Origin: Paludibacteraceae bacterium
GTDB taxonomy: Bacteria > Bacteroidota > Bacteroidia > Bacteroidales > Paludibacteraceae
Assembly: GCA_017464475.1 (NCBI GenBank)
Contig: JAFTZQ010000017.1
Span: forward strand, 21,853-85,852
DNA: 64,000 bases
Reading direction: 5' to 3'
The stretch's first letter is position 1. The number at the start of each line of letters is the position of its first letter. Below, in pieces: positions 37,385 to 44,435 of the stretch. Made by a program: the position numbers and the translations under genes. Below the pieces are notes generated by a model. It saw nothing but the letters and a program-made list of their open reading frames with translations, was not told where the DNA came from and did no database searches.

Positions 37385-37985
37385 AATCTTTTGTTTTTAG
37401 TCCAAAATTACCCAAAACACCCCCAAAAAATCCAAAAAGAAAATTTATCATGTTAACTGAACAAAGACAAATACAATTAGCGGATATCGTCTATGACATC
37501 ATCGGTGCGGCATTGGAAGTTCATCGTGAGTATAGCTACGGCATCTCCGAAGGCATCTACCAAGAAGCGCTTAGCTTGGAATTAGACGACTACGGCTACG
37601 AGAAGGAAACAGAATGTGACCTTCCGGTGTATTACAAAGGTCAGTTATTAGAGAAACGTTTTCGTATGGATTTGGTCGTTGAGAATGATGTCGTTGTTGA
37701 ATTGAAGGCGATAGAAGCTATTCTTCCTGAACACCGTGCACAGTTATATAATTACTTGCGTTTGACTAAGAAACCAATTGGTATCTTGTTGAATTTCGGT
37801 AAGGTGCTACGTGCGGAGAAATACATCTACGATCCGGATACCAACGAAGTGTCATACTTCAATGTCAAGAGCACACGTCAACGCAATCTCATGAATGAAG
37901 ATTTTTAAAGATTTTTAAATAAATATATTTTTAGGAATTTTTTGGATCATTTTGGGACTTTTTGGACTAAAAAGAAAAAAGATAG
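37385..37985 (+). mobile_element. Cassette carrying a GxxExxY gene, bounded by imperfect inverted repeats and inserted between nqrE and nqrF
   Basis: tttttagtccaaaa (37394-37407) is the exact reverse complement of ttttggactaaaaa (37960-37973). The inner arms cccaaaa..tccaaaaa and tttttgga..ttttggg are also complementary. No recombinase gene is present. Confidence 0.5.
37450..37908 (+). CDS. GxxExxY-family protein (PD-(D/E)XK nuclease-like)
   Basis: 152 aa. Signature YGISEGIYQEAL, then DLVVENDVVVELK (a D..E.K nuclease-like motif). Confidence 0.8.
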   Translation: MLTEQRQIQLADIVYDIIGAALEVHREYSYGISEGIYQEALSLELDDYGYEKETECDLPVYYKGQLLEKRFRMDLVVENDVVVELKAIEAILPEHRAQLYNYLRLTKKPIGILLNFGKVLRAEKYIYDPDTNEVSYFNVKSTRQRNLMNEDF

Positions 37986-38032
37986 ATTTTTGACGAAAAC
38001 ATTTAGTTTTTGACCATAATTAAAATAAGTAT

Positions 38033-39316
38033 ATGAATACATTAGCAATTTTATATGCTGTAGGAGTTTTCTTGATTGTTATTCTCCTGTTAGTGGCTAT
38101 CCTCTTGGTGGCCAAGAAATACTTGGTGTCTTCGGGTAATGTAAAAGTTACAATTAACGGCGACAAGGTCTATGACGTGGCAGCCGGAGGCTCGCTCCTC
38201 AACCAACTCGGCGAAGCCGGTGTTCACCTACCCTCTGCCTGCGGCGGTAAGGGTTCTTGCGGCCAGTGTAAGTGCCAGGTACTCTCCGGAGGCGGCGAGA
38301 TCCTGCCTACCGAGACCGTGCATTTCTCGCGCAAACAGCAGAAAGAAGGCTGGCGTCTGGGTTGTCAGGTCAAAGTCAAAGAAGACATCACCATGAAAGT
38401 CGATGAGGCTGTTCTCGGCGTCAAAGAATGGGAATGCGAAGTTATCTCCAATAAGAACGTCGCTACCTTCATCAAGGAGTTCAAAGTGCAGCTGCCTCCG
38501 GGCGAGCACATGCACTTCGAGCCGGGTTCGTACGCTCAGATCATCATCCCCGAGTACGACATCGACTACGACCGCGACATGGACAAGTCCCTCATCGGCG
38601 ACCTCTATCTGCCGGCTTGGCAGAAGTTCGGGCTCTTCAAACTCAAACAGAAGAACACCCAGGCTACCGTCCGTGCTTATTCGATGGCTAACTACCCCGA
38701 CGAGGGCGACATCATCACCCTCACCGTCCGTATCGCTACCCCGCCCTTCAAACCGAAAGAGCAGTGCCCCAACGGACCGGAGTTCATGGACGTGCCCTGC
38801 GGTATCGCTTCCACGTATATCTTCTCGCTCAAACCGGGTGACAAGGTGCGCATGAGCGGTCCTTATGGTGAGTTCCGTCCTGTTTATGATAGTAAGAAGG
38901 AGATGATCTGGGTTGGTGGTGGAGCCGGTATGGCACCGCTGCGTGCACAGATCATGCACATGCTCAAGACCCGCAACTGCCGTGACCGCGAGATGCACTA
39001 TTTCTACGGCGCACGTGCTATCGACGAAGTCTTCTTCCTCGACGATTTCCTCGCTTTGGAGAAGGAGTTCCCGAACTTCCATTTCCACTTGGCGCTGGAC
39101 CGTCCGGACCCGAAGGCAGACCAACTGGGTATCAAGTACACCCCGGGCTTCATCGCTCCTGTCATGGGCGACACCTACCTCAAGCTGCATGACGCTCCCG
39201 AGGACATCGAGTACTACCTCTGCGGTCCTCCTATGATGGCTAAGACCGTCCTCGACCTGCTCCACTCGCTGGGCGTTGATGACGCTGACATCCGCTTCGA
39301 TAACTTCGGAGGATGA
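38033..39316 (+). CDS. nqrF: Na+-NQR subunit F
   Basis: 427 aa. TM anchor, 2Fe-2S motif CGGKGSCGQCKC, FAD motif RAYSMANYP, and the NADH-binding GGGAGMAP. Confidence 0.95.
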   Translation: MNTLAILYAVGVFLIVILLLVAILLVAKKYLVSSGNVKVTINGDKVYDVAAGGSLLNQLGEAGVHLPSACGGKGSCGQCKCQVLSGGGEILPTETVHFSRKQQKEGWRLGCQVKVKEDITMKVDEAVLGVKEWECEVISNKNVATFIKEFKVQLPPGEHMHFEPGSYAQIIIPEYDIDYDRDMDKSLIGDLYLPAWQKFGLFKLKQKNTQATVRAYSMANYPDEGDIITLTVRIATPPFKPKEQCPNGPEFMDVPCGIASTYIFSLKPGDKVRMSGPYGEFRPVYDSKKEMIWVGGGAGMAPLRAQIMHMLKTRNCRDREMHYFYGARAIDEVFFLDDFLALEKEFPNFHFHLALDRPDPKADQLGIKYTPGFIAPVMGDTYLKLHDAPEDIEYYLCGPPMMAKTVLDLLHSLGVDDADIRFDNFGG

Positions 39317-39324
39317 TCCGCTTA

Positions 39325-39364
39325 ACAATAAGGTACGTGCGCATACGCGTGCGTACCTTATTGT
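39325..39364 (+). terminator. Strong hairpin after nqrF (terminator-like, but lacks a clear T-run)
   Basis: acaataaggtacg (39325-39337) pairs with cgtaccttattgt (39352-39364), and there is an inner gcg/cgc stem. Confidence 0.5.
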
Positions 39365-39372
39365 AATTTAAT

Positions 39373-39432
39373 CCCTAAGGACCTTAAGGACTTTAACGAC
39401 CTTAATGACCTTAATAACCTTAAAGACTTTAC
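39373..39432. repeat. Array of roughly 10 bp GACCTTAANN units upstream of the four-helix-bundle gene
   Basis: ccctaaggaccttaaggactttaacgaccttaatgaccttaataaccttaaagacttta read directly. Confidence 0.85.
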
Positions 39433-39440
39433 TTTCTACT

Positions 39441-39995
39441 ATGTCCGAACAATTGATTCCGCATCGCGGCAACTACAAGCAGTTACTCAGCTACCAGAAG
39501 ACGAACGTCATCTTCTGCATGACGTATTACTTTGTGGAGCACTATATTCAGAAAGGAGACCGGACATATGACCAGATGTTGCAAGCAGCCCGTTCCGGCA
39601 AGCAGAACATCATCGAAGGCTGTGCCGCCAGCAGTACTTCTGCCAAGACGGAGATTAAACTGGTCAATGTGGCGAAAGCCAGTTTGCAGGAACTATTGGA
39701 AGACTATGAGGATTACCTCAAGACACGCGGTTTGCGTCAATGGGAGGAAGATTCGGACGAGTTGAACGCGATGCGAGACTTGGGCAGAAAACACAACGAT
39801 GCCGAGTTTTTCATGGCACTGATAGAAACCCGTCCGCCGGAGACTATTGCCAACATGTGTATCGTGCTCATCAAACAAGCGGACTACTTGCTGTACAAGC
39901 AGTTGCAACGTCTGAGTGATGATTTCATGAAAGAGGGCGGTTTCTCCGAACGCATGTACCGTCTCCGCTCCCAAAACCGCCCCAACCACCAATAA
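39441..39995 (+). CDS. Four-helix-bundle protein (23S rRNA intervening-sequence protein family, with suffix domain)
   Basis: I place the start at the second ATG (MSEQLIPHRGNYKQLLSYQK...), because the first 12 codons of track ORF 39405 are repeat-array sequence. ...QMLQAARSGKQNIIEGCAASSTSAKTEIKLVNVAKASLQELLEDYEDYL.... Confidence 0.7.
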   Translation: MSEQLIPHRGNYKQLLSYQKTNVIFCMTYYFVEHYIQKGDRTYDQMLQAARSGKQNIIEGCAASSTSAKTEIKLVNVAKASLQELLEDYEDYLKTRGLRQWEEDSDELNAMRDLGRKHNDAEFFMALIETRPPETIANMCIVLIKQADYLLYKQLQRLSDDFMKEGGFSERMYRLRSQNRPNHQ

Positions 39996-40002
39996 TAAAA
40001 GA

Positions 40003-40063
40003 GTTTAGGGTCTTTAATGACCTTAACGACCTTAGAGACCTTAATAACCTTAAAGACTTTTTT
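40003..40063. repeat. Second array of GACCTTAANN units downstream of the four-helix-bundle gene
   Basis: The 24-mer gaccttaataaccttaaagacttt is identical at 39407-39430 and 40037-40060. Confidence 0.85.
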
Positions 40064-40176
40064 AACTCTTTCCCGCTTGGGTGCAGATCTGCGATATTGT
40101 AGCAGTCAATCAGCCACTCTCAAGCAACTCTCGCGACACTTTAAAATGTCAGTTGTTATGATTACTTCACAACGAA

Positions 40177-40202
40177 AGCAAGTGACTTCTCAGCCACTTG
40201 CT
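40177..40202. terminator. Hairpin between convergent genes (weak terminator candidate)
   Basis: agcaagtg (40177-40184), a 10 nt loop, cacttgct (40195-40202). Confidence 0.35.
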
Positions 40203-40236
40203 CATCATATAGGATTGCTATACCCTTGGTATACCT

Positions 40237-42042
40237 TTATTTTACCTCTTGGCCTGTAACGGTGTAAGTCTTGTCGCCGCTCAGGATATACACATTCCCG
40301 TTCTTGATCAGTTTCTGCGCGGGGTTGGCGGGATTCGTATAAACAGCCGGAGCCTCCGTCGGAGTATTCGCCTCATACACGGCTTGCAGCACAATTCCCT
40401 CCGCCAGATCACCGGGTAGCACTTGCCATTTGAGGAACGTGAAACCCTCAATACGCGGAGCGTGAGGAATCTGCCATTTCTGCGCCTCCATATAATGGAG
40501 TGTGCTGTCCTCTTTCAGATAACTTACCTGAACCGTCTGTTCCTCAAACTGCAGGTCGGTTGCCACACCTATTATATTCGCGAAATCGCACCAGACCGCT
40601 TTGGCTTGATAGAGGTCGATGTAATCCATCGGCACATATAGAATACAGGTCTGTTTGTTGACGTTATTTACCGTGCGTTCGGTAATCGTCTGCGGCGTAT
40701 AAGCATAGTTCCGAATCGCCTGCAAAGCAGAGCAGTTATAGAACGCGTCCTGATTGATGGTTGTCACAGAGGATGGAATGACCACTTCCTCCAATGCCGT
40801 ACAGCCTTCTAACACGCTGGTTGCCACGGTCTTAATACCCTGCGGAAACTCAAAATGCTTCAGGTTCGTGCAATACATGAAAGCGCTTTGTCCGATGTTG
40901 GTCACGGTAGCCGGAATAGCGATAGTTTCTATCTTCATGTACTTACACAAATACGCCGGAATTACTTGCACGCTGTCGCCGAACGTGAACGACGTCACTT
41001 GCGAATTGGTGCTATAGAACGGCGCGCTGTCATCCGAGCCGATTGTGCAGCTCTTCGGTTTCCATACTATCGTAGTCGTCGGATTTTCTTTAAAAGCCGC
41101 GTTGCCTATCGATGTAACTGTACTTGGAATAGTGATCTCCGTCAGCTTGCAGTTATAGAACGCACGCAGACCGATGGTCGTCAGACCTTCTTCCAAGTTC
41201 ACGCTGCCTAATTTTATGCAGCCGTAGAAAGCATCTGCGCTAATGGTGGTCAAAGTCGCAGGTAGTTCAATGGACTCCAACGAGGTACAGCCCTCCAAGA
41301 AACTGATAGGCAGTGTCTTTTGCATTACAGGCAAGTTAATGGATTTGAGATTCGTGCAATTCATGAAAGCATACTGACCCAGTCTGTTGACCGAAGCCGG
41401 AAGCACAATCGTATCTATCTTGTTCATGTTTTTGCATATATACGAAGGCACTACCTCTACGCCGTCCGCAAAAGTAAACGAGGTCACTTGCGAATTTGTG
41501 CTATAGAACGGCGCGCTATCATCCGAACCGATTGAGCAGTCTGCCGGTTTCCACACAATCGTGGTCGTCGGGTTGCCCTTGAAAGCGGAATTACCAATTG
41601 ATGTAACCGTACTCGGAATAGTGATCTCCGTCAGTGCGCAGTTATAGAACGCACGCAGACCGATACTCGTCAATCCTTCTTCCAAGTTCACGCTGCCTAA
41701 TTTTGTGCACCCCCAGAAAGCGTCCGTTCCGATAGTGGTGACGGATGTCGGCAGGGTCACGGATTGCAGGTTTGTCAGGCCCTCAAACGCGCTTGTCCCG
41801 ATACTCGTCACAGGATACGTGTAGTTGTTATAGGTCACGGACGCAGGGATAGTAACCGCCGTGTAGTCTTTATAGACGGATTTGTCCGAACTCTGGTCAT
41901 TAACCACTTGTGCCGTAGTTGTACCCAACGAATAATACAGACCGTTCAACTTGACGGTTTCGGCATACAGACTTGTTGCGCTTACTATCAGCGCAAGAAG
42001 CAGTAATCGTGCCCGTAGGCTAAAAAATAAATAATGTTTCAT
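40237..42042 (-). CDS. BspA-like leucine-rich-repeat surface protein
   Basis: 601 aa with a signal peptide. Repeated ...IPSSVTSIG..AF..C..L..I.. LRR units, an internal roughly 98 aa duplication, and the C-terminal tail KLIKNGNVYILSGDKTYTVTGQEVK. Confidence 0.8.
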   Translation of the reverse strand: MKHYLFFSLRARLLLLALIVSATSLYAETVKLNGLYYSLGTTTAQVVNDQSSDKSVYKDYTAVTIPASVTYNNYTYPVTSIGTSAFEGLTNLQSVTLPTSVTTIGTDAFWGCTKLGSVNLEEGLTSIGLRAFYNCALTEITIPSTVTSIGNSAFKGNPTTTIVWKPADCSIGSDDSAPFYSTNSQVTSFTFADGVEVVPSYICKNMNKIDTIVLPASVNRLGQYAFMNCTNLKSINLPVMQKTLPISFLEGCTSLESIELPATLTTISADAFYGCIKLGSVNLEEGLTTIGLRAFYNCKLTEITIPSTVTSIGNAAFKENPTTTIVWKPKSCTIGSDDSAPFYSTNSQVTSFTFGDSVQVIPAYLCKYMKIETIAIPATVTNIGQSAFMYCTNLKHFEFPQGIKTVATSVLEGCTALEEVVIPSSVTTINQDAFYNCSALQAIRNYAYTPQTITERTVNNVNKQTCILYVPMDYIDLYQAKAVWCDFANIIGVATDLQFEEQTVQVSYLKEDSTLHYMEAQKWQIPHAPRIEGFTFLKWQVLPGDLAEGIVLQAVYEANTPTEAPAVYTNPANPAQKLIKNGNVYILSGDKTYTVTGQEVK

Positions 42043-42058
42043 ATGGTGTGTAAATTTA

Positions 42059-43282
42059 CTATTCGGCTTTGAGGGATTGATTGACCAAAGCCTGGATGAA
42101 CTTGTCTATCTTCTCCTTGGTCACATGCTGCATGACCACTACGTGCGCCAGCTCGCCTCCGAAACGCTCGTCGTAACCCAGCGCCAGCGTGTACTCATAG
42201 CAAATCTCCTGCGAGGGGCGTTTGAAAAAGACCGTGTTGCTGTATTCGTTGCACCAGCACGGCCAGCCGATCTTCTCCAGCTGCTGCTTAAGGTACGCCG
42301 TGCACGCCATCATCCCGTTCGCTTGTTCCGACCACCGATCGTACCCCACTTTCTGTATCAGCCACCAGAACTTCAGCGGCTGGATGGCGTCGCGCGAGCA
42401 GTTGATCATCTTCATGTTACTGTTCAGATAGGTCACGTTGAAATTATTCTGGTTGTCATACACCTCGCGGGTGCAGAGGAACAGCCCGGAAGGCGAATCG
42501 ATGCCGAAGAACTTGTGCCCGCTGATGGCGATGGCGTCAAAACGCATCTTCTCGTGGCTGACCATCTCTTTGTATTTCGTAAATGGCAGGTATCCGCCGA
42601 AAAGAGCCGCATCCACATGCCGGAACACAGGCACCTCCGGATGTCTGTCCAGCACGGCATTCAGCGCCTCCTGGTCGTCTATCGCCCCTTTGAAAGTGGA
42701 ACCCATGGCAAATATCATAAGGGCTGGACGGGAGGTATCCAGCGCTTTCTCCAACTCTTCGGGGATCATCCGGCCCATGGCGTCGCTTTTGATGAGTTTC
42801 ACCTCGAGGTTTTGCAGATCGCACAGACGCATATTGGAGTAGTGCGCCTCGTCGGACACATAGACAACCGGCTGCTTTCCGGTCTTGTTGAATAGGTAAT
42901 TGGCGCCGAAATAAATACCATGGTTGTTGCCGTCCGTACCGCTATGCGTCACTATGCCCCACACGCCGTCCTTGGTAAATCCGTACAGGGGCGCAAAGAA
43001 CTCTATCACCTCGCGCTCGAATGCATGGGAAGACATCCGCCAAGGCTCATCGGTCATCGGATCGCCGGCGTTATTCAGATTGATCACATCCATGCCGGTG
43101 GAGAGATACCACTCGTAGAAATCATGCAGTTCCGACCGCTGGTTAACGGGATACCCGAAATAGGTCTGCTGACCTTCTTTCCACACCTTGGTCCACTCAT
43201 CCAGTTTCTGAAAACCGGAACTCTGCGCACAACTGCATACGGCTACTATAATCGCCGCAAATAACGTGATTTTTCTTCTCAT
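42059..43282 (-). CDS. Group II PLP-dependent decarboxylase, histidine-decarboxylase-like, with an N-terminal lipoprotein-type signal
   Basis: 407 aa. SGHKFFG (PLP lysine) and HVDAALFGG, collinear with Gram-negative Hdc as I remember it. The N-terminus is MRRKITLFAAIIVAVCSCAQSS. Confidence 0.65.
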   Translation of the reverse strand: MRRKITLFAAIIVAVCSCAQSSGFQKLDEWTKVWKEGQQTYFGYPVNQRSELHDFYEWYLSTGMDVINLNNAGDPMTDEPWRMSSHAFEREVIEFFAPLYGFTKDGVWGIVTHSGTDGNNHGIYFGANYLFNKTGKQPVVYVSDEAHYSNMRLCDLQNLEVKLIKSDAMGRMIPEELEKALDTSRPALMIFAMGSTFKGAIDDQEALNAVLDRHPEVPVFRHVDAALFGGYLPFTKYKEMVSHEKMRFDAIAISGHKFFGIDSPSGLFLCTREVYDNQNNFNVTYLNSNMKMINCSRDAIQPLKFWWLIQKVGYDRWSEQANGMMACTAYLKQQLEKIGWPCWCNEYSNTVFFKRPSQEICYEYTLALGYDERFGGELAHVVVMQHVTKEKIDKFIQALVNQSLKAE

Positions 43283-43318
43283 ATTGACTGGTATTAGTGT
43301 TGTTTTCTTTTCACGCTA

Positions 43319-43326
43319 CAAAGGTA
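43319..43326 (-). promoter_or_regulatory. -7 box TAccTTTG for the decarboxylase-LRR operon
   Basis: caaaggta on the + strand, 36 nt upstream of ATG 43282. Confidence 0.55.
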
Positions 43327-43361
43327 GTGTTTTTTTTTGATATATGCAAGGTTAAATAGAA

Positions 43362-43390
43362 AAAAGCGCCCGCAATGGACGCTTTTTCTT
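43362..43390 (-). terminator. Rho-independent terminator after the LuxR-family gene
   Basis: The minus strand reads aaagcgtcc attgc gggcgc tttttt (a 6 bp stem with one G-U pair, then T6). Confidence 0.55.
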
Positions 43391-43399
43391 GATTTGTTG

Positions 43400-44278
43400 T
43401 TATTCCAGAGAATCAAGATCTATCAACTTATTGACGATCGCGTAGATCGTCAGACCCGCGGTGGAATGGATATTCAGTTTGCGCGTGATATGCTTGCGGT
43501 GGGACACAACCGTGTGCATCGAGATACATAGCACATCGGCTATCTCTTTATTACTCAATCCCTTAACGACCTGTATCAGCACATCCCTTTCTCGTTCGGA
43601 AAGTGCTTCGCCGGTAGCGGAAGCAGGCAACTGTTTGAGTTTGCCGGTGGTCTTGTGCAGTTTGAGTGCGGGGCGCAAAATCTCATCCTCGATGGCACAA
43701 TGGTCCGCAAAATCCTGCTCTGTATGCCACAGATCGGACATGACAGTAACGAGGAGATGGGCGTTTAGTGAATTAGTGTTGAGAGACTGCGAGGGATAAT
43801 ACTTGATAATCAGATTCTTAATCTCGGTCAGCTTGTCGGTAATCCGCTGATCGTCATGCTCGTGCTCGTCGTACAAGCCCTCGTTCTCATGCTCGATATG
43901 CGTCCGGATCTCCTCTACAAACTCATCATAGCATCGCAAAATCAAGCCCGGGATCTTGGTCGTCGGGTCAACCGGAATGATCGCTTCGATCAGCGCCCTT
44001 CTTAACCTCGGTAATCGGAAATCGAGAAAATAGGTATGCGCGTTATGCAGATAGCATTGCAGCGTCTGCAGGTCTATATCCGCCGGAATAGCGCGCTGCT
44101 TGAAAACCTTATAATTCACCACCGCCAGAAAAGTCGGCGTATGCACGCCGTGCGCCGCACACGCTTCCTCTATCGTCTGCTCACCCACTCCCATCTCCAG
44201 ACCAAAACGGCTGATAATCCGGATCGCGTCCTCCTCATGGGACATCAAATCGCATATTTTGTCACTCGCTTTATACAT
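43400..44278 (-). CDS. LuxR-family regulator with an N-terminal RIC/ScdA- and hemerythrin-like domain
   Basis: I place the start at MYKASDK (CAT 44276-44278), because a -7 box overlaps the upstream ATG. C-terminus ERERDVLIQVVKGLSNKEIADVLCISMHTVVSHRKHITRKL. N-terminus ISRFGLEMGVGEQTIEEACAAHGV plus H/E-rich helices (IRTHIEHENEGLY, HCAIEDEILRPAL). Confidence 0.7.
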   Translation of the reverse strand: MYKASDKICDLMSHEEDAIRIISRFGLEMGVGEQTIEEACAAHGVHTPTFLAVVNYKVFKQRAIPADIDLQTLQCYLHNAHTYFLDFRLPRLRRALIEAIIPVDPTTKIPGLILRCYDEFVEEIRTHIEHENEGLYDEHEHDDQRITDKLTEIKNLIIKYYPSQSLNTNSLNAHLLVTVMSDLWHTEQDFADHCAIEDEILRPALKLHKTTGKLKQLPASATGEALSERERDVLIQVVKGLSNKEIADVLCISMHTVVSHRKHITRKLNIHSTAGLTIYAIVNKLIDLDSLE

Positions 44279-44299
44279 TTTCTTCTCCGAAATCGAGTG

Positions 44300-44307
44300 C
44301 AAAATTA
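44300..44307 (-). promoter_or_regulatory. -7 box TAatTTTG for the LuxR-family gene
   Basis: caaaatta on the + strand, 21 nt upstream of ATG 44278. Confidence 0.5.
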
Positions 44308-44384
44308 CTCATTTTTTCTCATTTGCACAAGCAAATGTTTTAAAATCCCTACAAATTGGGATTTGGCAAATGCAAAAAAAAGAG

Positions 44385-44392
44385 TACCTTTG
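44385..44392 (+). promoter_or_regulatory. -7 box TAccTTTG for the porin-imelysin operon
   Basis: tacctttg preceded by A8, 43 nt upstream of ATG 44436. Confidence 0.55.
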
Positions 44393-44435
44393 TATTGCGA
44401 AAAAAGATTCGCATTTAGTGTTTTGATTTTAGTGT

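Noticed and set aside
39405-39440. The upstream ATG of the four-helix-bundle ORF, and the 80 aa ORF 40017..40259.
   Set aside because: Both begin inside the GACCTTAANN arrays and translate to repeat-derived MTL(I/T)TL(K/E)TL... sequence. They are artefacts of the repeat.
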